The notes under the pieces: model-generated
Databases searched by the model: none
Seen by the model: only the letters and a program-made list of their open reading frames with translations
What the model was told of the DNA's origin: nothing
Position numbers and translations under genes: made by a program
From: a virus
Direction: 5' to 3' (one strand)
Virus record (IMG/VR): IMGVR_UViG_3300044705_000115
Span: 1 to 64,000 of that record
DNA: 64,000 nt
In this document: in pieces, positions 1 to 8,700 of the stretch
Layout: every line of letters starts with the position of its first letter
How positions within the stretch are numbered: position 1 is the stretch's first letter

Positions 1-215
1 AGGTAGTTGGCGCAGTTCTCGCCCTGCGCCCCCCAGACCGTCACGTCGAAGTAGTTCGGCTTGTCGATCCATTCGCCCGACTGGCCGTCTTTGCGGCGGC
101 TGTTGACCGCCACCCGCAGCTTGCAGATTGCCGTGCCGCCGCCGGTATGGCGCAGCTCGGGGTCCCGGGTCAGGTTCCCGGTGATGACGACGACGTTTAC
201 GTTCGATGCGGCCAC
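1..215 (-). CDS. ssb: single-stranded DNA-binding protein (N-terminal part; runs off window)
   Basis: Hand translation from GTG 215: MAASNVNVVVITGNLTRDPELRHTGGGTAICKLRVAVNSRRKDGQSGEWIDKPNYFDVTVWGAQGENCANY, a classic SSB OB-fold (GNLTRDPEL); AAGGAGG RBS upstream. Confidence 0.95.
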   Translation of the reverse strand, partial: MAASNVNVVVITGNLTRDPELRHTGGGTAICKLRVAVNSRRKDGQSGEWIDKPNYFDVTVWGAQGENCANY

Positions 216-220
216 CTTGC

Positions 221-245
221 CTCCTTGGTCGGGGCCACAAGCCTA
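221..245 (-). promoter_or_regulatory. -10 (TAGGCT) + CCGACCAAGGAG leader motif before ssb
   Basis: Exact motif 221-232; TAGGCT 240-245. Confidence 0.75.
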
Positions 246-261
246 CGCGCTGCAGACCCGC

Positions 262-555
262 TCAGGCGACGAGTTCTGCCGGAAAACGCTCACTCTCCTC
301 GACCACGAAGAGGTTCGTGAGCTGGGCGAGGCCGCGGGGCATCGCCCCCTGGCCCGTGTAGGCGTTCTCCCAGATGTTCTTGCCATCGGCGAGGATGCGT
401 TTCCATTCGTCCCGGGCGACTTTCTCTTCGGGCCAGCGCATCCTTTCCAGCCCGCGCTTCCAGGCGAGCTCGAAGCCGATCCCCTTCGGTCGCTGGCGCT
501 CAAGCGATTCGCGCATCTGCGCCGCAGGAGTGGGGAGTGTCCTGCGGGCGCTCAA
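262..555 (-). CDS. hypothetical protein
   Basis: ORF overlapping the upstream stop, phage-like composition. Confidence 0.6.
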   Translation of the reverse strand: MSARRTLPTPAAQMRESLERQRPKGIGFELAWKRGLERMRWPEEKVARDEWKRILADGKNIWENAYTGQGAMPRGLAQLTNLFVVEESERFPAELVA

Positions 556-956
556 TCTTCGCTGCCCTTGCCGATGTTGGGATAGCGCCGATGCACCGCC
601 GCGCGGACAGCCGACTCCTCCGGCTTGCCCGCCGAGCGCGAAAGCGCGTTCCGCGCGTGCGATTCATCGTGGATCGGGTAGGAGCCCGGCCCCGGCGCCT
701 TCTCGGGGAAGACGAAGGCCGACTTGGGCAGCGCCTTGCGTTCTTCCATCTTCAGCTTGGCCTCCTCGAGGGACAGGTCGAGTTCGCTCGCCAGCGCCTC
801 GGCCATCTTCGCCTCGTCCTTGACCGATTCGCCCGAACCGCCCTTCAGCCGCAGCTTCTTGCCGCAGCTCTTGCAGGTCACGGTCATGCCGTGCTTGGAC
901 GACTTCGCCTTCTCGCGGTCGCTCGGGTTGATCGAATGAGGAGGACAGCTAGCCAT
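552..956 (-). CDS. Zn-ribbon + DUF6582-like domain protein
   Basis: CxxC; C-terminal RKALPKSAFVFP..YPIHDESHARNALSR resembles DUF6582; GAAGGAG RBS. Confidence 0.65.
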   Translation of the reverse strand: MASCPPHSINPSDREKAKSSKHGMTVTCKSCGKKLRLKGGSGESVKDEAKMAEALASELDLSLEEAKLKMEERKALPKSAFVFPEKAPGPGSYPIHDESHARNALSRSAGKPEESAVRAAVHRRYPNIGKGSED

Positions 957-1173
957 TGGTGGCTCCTTCGAGTTGGAGGCGGGCATCGCCTCGATAGGTG
1001 CGCACCAGGCCCAGCAGGTCGTTCAACTCGTCGGAGGGCGAACCCTCCATTTCTCCCCTTACCTCTGCTTCGAGGCCCGAGAGCGCCTGGTCGCGCAGCG
1101 CAGGGTCGGCCTGGGTCTTCGCTGCTTCAATCCGCCGGCGGAGGTCAGCAGCAGGATCGGAGAACTCGGCCAC
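949..1173 (-). CDS. hypothetical protein (leaderless)
   Basis: GTG 7 nt after TAACTT (1181-1186); overlaps next gene. Confidence 0.6.
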   Translation of the reverse strand: MAEFSDPAADLRRRIEAAKTQADPALRDQALSGLEAEVRGEMEGSPSDELNDLLGLVRTYRGDARLQLEGATNG

Positions 1174-1206
1174 GAGCGGGAAGTTAGACGCCGCTGCGGA
1201 TGACGC

Positions 1207-1386
1207 TCAGTCGGTCAGCGAGTCGTCGTTGTAAATCGCGCGGGTTGCGGACCAGACCTGCTCTGCGCCCTGGTCGCCGAATAGCTCCTCAGCGACCCCC
1301 TTGGCGTTGTCCCAGCGCTGCTTCTCCTCGGCCGTGCTGACGAAGGGCGGATACTCCTGAATCACTTCTGCCTCTTCGTCAGCCAC
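1207..1386 (-). CDS. small hypothetical protein (59 aa, not in ORF track)
   Basis: MADEEAEVIQEYPPFVSTAEEKQRWDNAKGVAEELFGDQG...; GTG 6 nt after TATTCT. Confidence 0.6.
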   Translation of the reverse strand: MADEEAEVIQEYPPFVSTAEEKQRWDNAKGVAEELFGDQGAEQVWSATRAIYNDDSLTD

Positions 1387-1404
1387 GAGCCGAGAATACC
1401 GCCG

Positions 1405-3111
1405 TTAGACCTCGCCCCGGATGAAAGCCGACATCGCGGCCGGAGCGCTGGTGTCGAAGCCGACGACATCCATGCTTCCGCTGTCGTTCGGATCGGCGAT
1501 GCTGAAATCGGTCGCGGTCATGCCGCAAACGATCAGCTTGGCGTCGATGCCCGATTTCTCGCGGTACTCGCGGAGCGCCTGCATGGGATGGATGTCGCCC
1601 GCCCACGTTTCGTTGTCGGTGTAGACGCAGAAGGCATCGACCTCGCGTTCCTCCTGCATCGCGTAGATCATCGGCAGGGCGCAGTCGGTCATGCCAACGT
1701 GACTGAGCCGGTCGAACTCGGCAGCGACATCGTTCAGCCGCATCGACGGCGTGACCGCCATCGGCGTGAAGCCCCGCTCATCCCGGTAGCCGCTGAAGTT
1801 GCCGTGACCCTGGCCAACCCCCAGCGAGTGCTTGATCCCACCGGGGATTTCGGAGCCAGCGAAGGCTACGGTCTCGTAGCGCGACTCCGAGCGAGCGGTG
1901 ACCATCGCCATGACCGCAGCGGCTTCCAGAGGAAGCAGGCCACCGAGTCCGTAGCGACCCCCAGCGTGGCGCATCGAGTTCGAGACATCGACAGCCAACA
2001 GGAACCGCTTGCCGGTCGGCTCGATGTTCTCGAAGGCCGAGTAGAAGGCGGCGTTCAGCGCATCGACGATCTGCGCCACCGGACTCCAGGTGTTGCCGCC
2101 CCGGTCGCCGTGGCCACTCTTGTACGTCATCAGCGCTGAGAGGACGGTCAGCGGGTGGACGCGAGCGCGACGGATGCGCTCACTGTCGCCGAGCTGGGCG
2201 ATCACCTTCTGGGTCGCCTCCCCGAAGGGGTCGAGCAGTCCCGAGCGCGTCATGTTGCCGAGGTTGCGGATCAACGCCGTCATCGGCATGTCCTCAAGCA
2301 GCGCCTCCTGAACCACCGGATCGGTCAGATGCTCGGAGCGGATCGCCTCACGGGGCAGCTTGTAGTCGCGGATCAGGTTCGCCGAGTTGCGCGGCGACTC
2401 CGCAACCTGGGCCATCCTGAAGCCCTCGATGACGCGCAGCACATGCGAGGGCGCGTCCAAGTCTCCGATGGGCACCGGCTTCTTGGTCGCGTTGCCGGTC
2501 ACGAACTCGAACAGTTCGGCGTGAGCGATCGACGGTGCCTTCGGATGGGCCAGCCGCAGGATGTCGCGGTGAGACCAGCCGTCGCGCTGGCGATACTTGA
2601 TGAGCTGGTAGGCCAGCTTCTCTGCGGGCCGGCCCGTGTACCAAGCGGCGACGCCGTGCCGCGCGGCCGGACCCCAGCCGCGGAACTGCTCCATGAAAGC
2701 CACGAAGTGCAGGATGTGGGTGCCGGTGCGGGCGACGCGCGGCAGGGCCTTGAAGGCGGCGCGGCGCGTCCCCTCGTCCTTGAAGGAGCAGGCCATTGCG
2801 AGGCAGAACAGCGCCGTGTCGTTGTCGCGGGCGAGGCCACGGTCGCTGACCTCGGCGATCAGCTCGACCGTGCGCTCGCCGTCCTCTGCGAGGCAGGCAT
2901 CGAGCGCCGCGACATTGCCCTTGACCATCTCGCGCTGCCCGACGTAGTAGGAGCCGCCTTCGGCGCCTAGGATCAGGAACCGGCGCAGGCGCGTCCAGAT
3001 GTCAACCTCCCAGGCGAAGCCGCCAGCGTTATTGGCGACCTGGCTCGAACCGGGGATCGGCTCGGACTGGGGGGTCTTGCGCGTCGAGTGATCGCGCAGG
3101 TAGTTGCTCAT
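1405..3111 (-). CDS. rsr: Ro60-related TROVE + vWA RNA-binding protein (Rsr)
   Basis: NNAGGFAW, RLRRFLILGAEGGSYY, KYRQRDGWSHRDILRLAHPK, MPMTALIRNLGNMT, vWA MIDAS DVSNSM, TDNETW, DVVGFD; start at ATG 3111 with GAAGGAG RBS. Confidence 0.97.
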   Translation of the reverse strand: MSNYLRDHSTRKTPQSEPIPGSSQVANNAGGFAWEVDIWTRLRRFLILGAEGGSYYVGQREMVKGNVAALDACLAEDGERTVELIAEVSDRGLARDNDTALFCLAMACSFKDEGTRRAAFKALPRVARTGTHILHFVAFMEQFRGWGPAARHGVAAWYTGRPAEKLAYQLIKYRQRDGWSHRDILRLAHPKAPSIAHAELFEFVTGNATKKPVPIGDLDAPSHVLRVIEGFRMAQVAESPRNSANLIRDYKLPREAIRSEHLTDPVVQEALLEDMPMTALIRNLGNMTRSGLLDPFGEATQKVIAQLGDSERIRRARVHPLTVLSALMTYKSGHGDRGGNTWSPVAQIVDALNAAFYSAFENIEPTGKRFLLAVDVSNSMRHAGGRYGLGGLLPLEAAAVMAMVTARSESRYETVAFAGSEIPGGIKHSLGVGQGHGNFSGYRDERGFTPMAVTPSMRLNDVAAEFDRLSHVGMTDCALPMIYAMQEEREVDAFCVYTDNETWAGDIHPMQALREYREKSGIDAKLIVCGMTATDFSIADPNDSGSMDVVGFDTSAPAAMSAFIRGEV

Positions 3112-3141
3112 CTGGGGCGCTCCTTCCGGGTCAGAGTGGAA

Positions 3142-3220
3142 GACCCGGCGAGCGGGTGATGCAGACGGGGGTGATTTTCTCCAATGAAAAGGTAACCCGC
3201 CTGCTTCGGCCCGCCGGGCC
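3142..3220 (-). ncRNA. minimal Y-RNA-like RNA (Ro-binding stem only)
   Basis: 5'/3' stem GGCCCGGCGGGC/GCUCGCCGGGUC with GGGCCGAAG-N6-GGUUAC and 3' CCCGCUC shared with the neighbouring YrlA; G-U pairs support minus strand. Confidence 0.75.
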
Positions 3221-3230
3221 AAAGCTATGT

Positions 3231-3366
3231 CGCGCTGAGCGGGATGTGCGCATCGACGTTTAGCGCTCTACCAACTGAGCTACCGCTGCCTTTCGGCGGC
3301 GGACAGGACTCGAACCTGCGACCTCTCTCTTAGCGTGAGATAACCGATCCGCTTCGGCTCAGCGCG
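3231..3366 (-). ncRNA. yrlA: YrlA-type tRNA-mimicking Y RNA
   Basis: Terminal stem CGCGCUGAGC/GCUCAGCGCG with GCCGAAG motif; permuted tRNA domain: T arm GCAGG-UUCGAGU-CCUGU, acceptor-like stem closed by GAAA, D arm GCUC-AGUUGGUA-GAGC; TATGCT -10 at 3373-3378; adjacent to rsr. Confidence 0.92.
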
Positions 3367-3380
3367 TGCGCGAGCATAGC

Positions 3381-3452
3381 GAACTCGGAGCGGGTTGGTG
3401 CCTGCGGGGTTCGTTGTCAAGGCGATAACCCGCAAACTCCGGCTCCGAGTCC
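3381..3452 (-). ncRNA. second minimal Y-RNA-like RNA
   Basis: Stem GGACUCGGAGC/GCUCCGAGUUC; GAGCCGGAG-N6-GGUUAUC and 3' CCCGCUC as in YrlA. Confidence 0.72.
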
Positions 3453-3499
3453 ACTTCTGACCCGGCTGCTCCTCCCAAAGGAGCGCCGAGCGCCGCAGT

Positions 3500-3889
3500 C
3501 TACTCGTCCAGCGTGCTTTCGAGATTCGGCTCGTGCCGTCGACGACGCCTCCTGCCCCAGCGGATCGGCTGCAGTTGCAGCATCGCGCTCCAGACCCTCA
3601 TGTAGGTGTCGGCCCGCTTCTTGCCCTGCCGCCGTTTGACCGCGTCCTTGAAGTTGTCGTAGTCGATTTCGTCGCCGATCTCCAGCATCGTCGCCAGCCA
3701 TTCCCGTCGCGGCACGACAGCCCGATAGCGGTAGTCGGCGTTCTTGGTCTCGAGGATCTTCATGGTCGGCATGTGCTGGATCAAAGCCTCAAGGTCTTTC
3801 CGAACCCTCGCCCGCACCAGCACGTAGTCGCTGTCTTCTCGATGCTCGACCACGCTGTAGAAACCCTTGGTCGTAAAGAGCCACATCAC
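3500..3889 (-). CDS. conserved phage hypothetical protein
   Basis: MWLFTTKGFYSVV..VLVRAR..DL..ADYRYR..IDYDNFK motif pattern. Confidence 0.8.
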   Translation of the reverse strand: MMWLFTTKGFYSVVEHREDSDYVLVRARVRKDLEALIQHMPTMKILETKNADYRYRAVVPRREWLATMLEIGDEIDYDNFKDAVKRRQGKKRADTYMRVWSAMLQLQPIRWGRRRRRRHEPNLESTLDE

Positions 3890-4428
3890 GCCTCACCCCC
3901 TTGCCGCTCGAACTCTTCGCGGCGCTTTTTCTCCTGCTTCGCCATGACCGCCCTGCCGTAGCGCAGGGCGACCTCGCTCAGCCTGTCTTTTGCCTTTCGG
4001 TCCCGCGCGACTATCGCACTGCGCTCTGGGCCGGGATGTCCCTCGAACAGGCTGATCGTCAGGTGCGCTTCAGCGATTTCCTGCTCTCTGATTGCGGCCG
4101 AAAGTTCTTCGATCAGCTCGACCGTCGCGCCGGGCCGATGCACGTTCATCAGCCCCTCTACGCGCACCCCTTTGACCATCCGCTCGAGCGCCTGGATGCC
4201 GCGCTCGGAGAGGTTGTCTTGGAAGGTGCCGCCCTCGTAGAGGTCGGGCAAGTGATTCAGCAGGTTCCAGAGCCTCGCGCCGTTCTCGGGATCGCCTGCC
4301 CAAGAATCGGGGTTGTCTGGATGCTTACCGGCAAGCGCTAGGGCTTCGCGTAGCTCGACCACATCGCCTTCGGAGAGCGCCACCAGATGCTTCGGCTCCA
4401 AGTTCGTCGGCTGGAATCCCATGCCCAT
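3886..4428 (-). CDS. hypothetical protein
   Basis: Start trimmed to MGMGFQP; overlapped stop/start with the next gene. Confidence 0.7.
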   Translation of the reverse strand: MGMGFQPTNLEPKHLVALSEGDVVELREALALAGKHPDNPDSWAGDPENGARLWNLLNHLPDLYEGGTFQDNLSERGIQALERMVKGVRVEGLMNVHRPGATVELIEELSAAIREQEIAEAHLTISLFEGHPGPERSAIVARDRKAKDRLSEVALRYGRAVMAKQEKKRREEFERQGGEA

Positions 4429-4430
4429 GA

Positions 4431-4805
4431 TCAGCACCCCATCCCGTCGCTCTTGGACATGTCCCCAGCCTCCGGCCCGACCAGCGTGTCGATCAGATCG
4501 TCGGGGATCGACATGGTTTGGCCCAGCGCCGCATCGAAGCCGCAGACGACGAGCGGCCCGTGGATCGCGTCCCCCCGCATCAGCACAGGGGCGAGCAAGG
4601 CAGTCGCTTTCTCGTTCGGCCCGTAGAGGAACTTGCTTTCGTCGTGGATGTAGCAGGTCGCGTCGGAGCGGTCGGGGAATGGAAGCGCGTCGATCAGGCC
4701 GCCGACGAGTCCTTGAAGACCCTCCAAAGCGCTCCCCCTCTCGTCGTCGCGGGGGATGCTGATGACCTTCGCCGCGCCCTCCTCCGGGATAAGCACGACC
4801 CTCAT
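4431..4805 (-). CDS. DUF3846-like protein
   Basis: LEGLQGLVGGLID, YIHDESK, PNEKAT, D.IHGPLVVCG. Confidence 0.75.
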   Translation of the reverse strand: MRVVLIPEEGAAKVISIPRDDERGSALEGLQGLVGGLIDALPFPDRSDATCYIHDESKFLYGPNEKATALLAPVLMRGDAIHGPLVVCGFDAALGQTMSIPDDLIDTLVGPEAGDMSKSDGMGC

Positions 4806-5104
4806 GGCTTTTCTCCCTCGCTGTAGCTGATGGTCGGTGGCTCTTCGTCTTCTTCGCGCTTTCGGTTCTGCTTCTCCACAAGCTCGGCGAGCCTGCGCCT
4901 AATTCTCCGCTGGCGCTTGAAGCTGTCGTAGACGAAGAAGAGGATCAGGAGGAACCCGATGGCCGCGATGAGGCGGCCGAAGCCGTTGGCGTCGGTGTTG
5001 CTCGTGAGACTTCTGCCGGTCAGGGCGGTGTAGGCGAAGCTGACCTCAAGGAGCGCGACGCCCAGCAGCGCAACGACCACCCACCACGGAAACTTGCGCA
5101 TCAA
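4802..5104 (-). CDS. membrane protein (2 TM)
   Basis: Two hydrophobic segments followed by a basic tail. Confidence 0.7.
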   Translation of the reverse strand: MMRKFPWWVVVALLGVALLEVSFAYTALTGRSLTSNTDANGFGRLIAAIGFLLILFFVYDSFKRQRRIRRRLAELVEKQNRKREEDEEPPTISYSEGEKP

Positions 5105-5322
5105 TTCATCTCCAATCTGAATTCGGCGAGCTTCATGGAATGGCCGACCGCTTGGGCCGGAACCGGGATCTCCTCGCCCTCAGCAACGACATGGATCTCG
5201 GCGGTGATCTCCAAGCCGAGGGCTACCTTGATCCGGTTCGGCGCCGTCGTGGACTCACGCATGGCGACTCCGATCAGGGCCGGCCCCTTGCTGTCGAAGA
5301 TGAAGGCTGACATGCGGTCCAT
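5101..5322 (-). CDS. hypothetical protein
   Basis: ATG with AAGGAGG RBS of the leader motif. Confidence 0.7.
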   Translation of the reverse strand: MDRMSAFIFDSKGPALIGVAMRESTTAPNRIKVALGLEITAEIHVVAEGEEIPVPAQAVGHSMKLAEFRLEMN

Positions 5323-5330
5323 TTAGGTAC

Positions 5331-5380
5331 CTCCTTGGTCGGGTGCCAACAAAGTTAGCACAGATAATCGCGGTGTGCAG
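5331..5380 (-). promoter_or_regulatory. SigA-type promoter CTGCAC-N17-TAACTT + TGTTGGCACCCGACCAAGGAG leader
   Basis: One of four near-identical extended copies (also 22900, 42441, 51022). Confidence 0.8.
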
Positions 5381-5693
5381 CACCCCAAAGTGCCTTGCGA
5401 TTAGACCTTGCGAGAACCCTCACAAGCTCTCGCCGGCGCTCGCGCGTCATGTGCCCAAGTAGCCGATGCTCGGGTTCCCCAAGCCGCTTCATAGCGGCCT
5501 TTGCCTTGGTCTCGCCGAAGAAGGGCGCCCACTGGATTACGTCGAAAACGCGGGCGTTGGCGGCACAGTCGGGGCAGATTTCGAGGACATCGTCGAGCCG
5601 GATGTCGCGCCTGTGCAGAGATTCTTTGAGCATCCGGCGTTCGACGCGAACCCGGTTGGCGATCGAGAGGTTGTGGAGCCGCTGGTCGGACAG
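5355..5693 (-). CDS. actinobacterial integration host factor (mIHF)-like protein
   Basis: QRLHNLSIANRVRVERRMLKESL..RLDDVL..ARVFDVIQWAPFFGETKAKAAMKRL..RLLGHMTRERRRELV follows the mIHF H2TH pattern; frame open upstream of ATG 5633 to a CTG 7 nt after TAGGCT. Confidence 0.65.
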   Translation of the reverse strand: MSDQRLHNLSIANRVRVERRMLKESLHRRDIRLDDVLEICPDCAANARVFDVIQWAPFFGETKAKAAMKRLGEPEHRLLGHMTRERRRELVRVLARSNRKALWGAAHRDYLC

Positions 5694-5703
5694 ACAAAAA
5701 AGC

Positions 5704-8700
5704 CTATCCGTCGATGCGTTTGACCCTCGTCTTGGCGTCGATCAGGCCGAGGCTGCCCGACTTGAACCCGACCAGCGTTTTGCCCTCAGGCCCAGGCCCG
5801 ACGACGGAGGCGATGGTGCCGTCTTTGTCGGTGATGACGGCGCCGGGCTCGAGTTCTTCGAGCCGGTAGTGCATGTACTTCCCTTTCGACCCCCACTTCG
5901 ATGTGTAGCCGTTGAGCTCGGAGGTCGGCACATCGTCCATCGCCTGACCAGCTTCCGCCAGCACCTTTTCGACATCGGGCGACCACTGCGACTGCAGCGC
6001 CGCCGTGGGGTCGAGCTTCTGCGTGTCTTTCAGAACCAGCGTCGATGGCAACTGGTTGAGGCTGCCCCCCTCGTCCTTGATGATCGTGTTGCCATCGACC
6101 GTGTGGGCAACGACCTCGTTGGCACCGTTCGTCGTCGTGTACTTCTCCCCCGGCTTCAGGTCGCTGACGACGAACTCGCCGGGCATTGGTTTCACGCCCG
6201 CTGCGGGTTTCGCCGGAGCCAGCGGCCAGTCGCTCGTCGTGGCGCCGGGTGGCGCTTTGTGGAAGTTGCCCTGGGCGTCCTGAAGAACCACGCCATCGAG
6301 CGATTTGGCGATGACGGTGTAGTCCTTCAAGTCGTTACCGAAGAACGTTTCGCCCTCGTGGATGCTTTCGATGTTCTCGCTGGCGAGCGCCTTCTTCAAC
6401 TCGTCATCGCCCTTCGCTGTCAGCTTCACCTTGTCGGGGATGAGCTCCGCTTTGACCGAGAACTTGGCGCCGTCGGGATCGGTCATCTCGACCACTGCGT
6501 CTTCGGGGTGCTTGCCTTTGGACGCACCGACCGTGTAGGCGTAGCCAGCGATGGTGACCTTCGTGCCGACCGGCAGTTTCCCGATCGGCGTCTCGTCGCT
6601 GTTCGGCAGCAGACCCTTGGCGGCATCTGCCTGGCCAGGGTCCGTACCCGGCCCCGGCAGCGGCCCGGTGGCGTCGTTGAAGTCGGCGGTTACGGCGCGG
6701 CCACGCAGCTTCGGGTCGGCGCTGTAGAGGAGCTGGCCGTCGGTGACGATGACATCGCCGTCGTTGGCCTTGACCTTCCACAGCTTGCCTTCTTTGCCGC
6801 GGAAGATCGTTCCCACCGGCATGTCGCCGATCTTGTCGTGGGTGTACTTGCCGCCGCTGCCGTGCTTGGAGATATACGCCTCGAAGCCACCCTCCTCGAC
6901 ATGGGAGGGCATCCCCGAACTGCTCGGCGCTGGCGACTCGGCGTGGATCGCCGGGTTCTTGCCGATGAAGGTGATCGGCTTGTCGGGGTAGCTCCAAGCC
7001 GTTTCGGAGGCGGAGAGGTGGCCGGACGGCTGCACCATCGCCACCGTCAGGTTGTCCTCCGGGCCTCCCTTGGCCTGGACTTTGAAAAGCTCCCCGCCGT
7101 CCTTGAAGTAGTCGCCCACCTCCAGGTTGCTGAGGGTCGTCGAGTCCTCGGGTTTGAGCTGGTCGTGGGGGATCGCTTTCTCGCCGAGTTCGTTCTTCGC
7201 CCACAGCTCCGTGACCTTCGCATCGTCGGGGTAAGCCGTGACATCGCCGCTGGCCAGGTTCTTGACCGGCTTCTTGCCCGGCTCAGTCGATGCATTGGGA
7301 TCGCCGAAGACGGCTTCGTAGACATTCCCGGTCCAGTCCACGAACTTGTCCCCGTGTTCGAGGTCGGCAACCTGAAGCTCGGCGCCGGGAACGTAGTCGT
7401 CAGCGCTGAACGGCGCGTCCGCTGACTTCGGCGTGTTCTTGGGCTCGTCAGGCGCCGGAGAGGCTTCGGCATCGAGCAGACGGCGCACCACCTTGGACTT
7501 GGTCGAGACCCCCGCCTCGCCCGTGTCGAGGTTCTTCCACAGCACTTTGTTGCCCTCGGTGCCGGTGACCAGATAGGGGCGCTGAGACTGGCCGCGGCCC
7601 CCGTGGAAGAGGTCGCCGACAGCGAGATCGCCGACCTTGATTTTTGAGCCGATCTTGTGCGCCTGCGGGTCGTAGAGATCAGCGAGAGCTTCGTCGTCGG
7701 GCGAGATCGCCACGACTTTGCCGCCGGACGGTTTCGCCTTGATCGTCCCATCCTTCAAGACCTTCGTGATCGTGTGCTTCTTGCCCTGATAGGGCAGCGT
7801 CATCCCTTTCTGCGGGGTGAGCTGCGGCGCAGCGACATCCTCTTCGTCGGGGACGTAGCCCTCCTTGGCGACGAGAGTCGGCGTCTTGTAGTCGGTGTTG
7901 ATCGTCCCGACTTTCCCCGTCATCAGGTCGAGAATCTGCGTCTTCGCGCCGTTGATCTGGGCTTTGACTTCGTAGGGGTTGCCGTTGACCTTGAATTTCT
8001 CCCCCTCGGCCATCTGGCCGGTGAACTTCTCGCCCGTGCCGTTCACCCAGGCGTTGGGGTCGAACAGCTCCGACTCGGCCTGCAGCTTGTGCGGGTCGGG
8101 CAGGTCGTAATGCTCGCTCAGCTTGAAGTACTGGTTCTGGCCGCCGCCCTCGAAGTTGTAGCTCTCCCCAGTGAACTTGCCGTTCTCGATCTTCACGTAG
8201 CGCAGGCCGAATCCGGTGTCGTCGCCGGGGTCCTCAACGATCAGGTAGAGCGTGCCTTTCAGCCCCATCATGTAGTCGCCGGGCTTCAGTTCCGACTCCT
8301 TGGCGACGGTCGCTTTCGGCGTGCCGTCGGCGTTCTTGAATGCCCACGGCCCCGACTTGTCGAGCTCTGCCGGAGTCCACGGCTTGCTCTGCTGCGATGG
8401 CAGCTTGTCGGCGAAGCGAGCCGAGAACTCGGCGGCCTCCGCCGGCGGGTCGATCCAGAGCTTCTGCGCCTGGCCCTGCATCTGAACATCGGGCGGCGCT
8501 GGCGGGGTCGGCAGCATCTCGCCGTTCTCGATCGCGTCGCGGAAGCGTTCGATGGTGGCGCCGCCGGAGGGCGCTTTGGTGACGCCCATCAGCCACTTTT
8601 TCTGGTTCTCGGTGATGTCGTAGAGCGAGAAGTACATCGACCGCTTGTCGATCTTGATCTGCTCCGCGACGCTGATCTCCAGCTCGCCGACGAAGTGCGT

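Noticed and set aside
3112-3222. ORF-track N-terminal extension of the TROVE gene to 3222
   Set aside because: It overlaps a Y-RNA-like hairpin; ATG 3111 has a GAAGGAG RBS and matches the usual Rsr N-terminus
3260-3330. Apparent ordinary tRNA next to rsr
   Set aside because: The T arm precedes the D arm, the acceptor stem is closed by GAAA and there is no anticodon arm: this is the YrlA permutation
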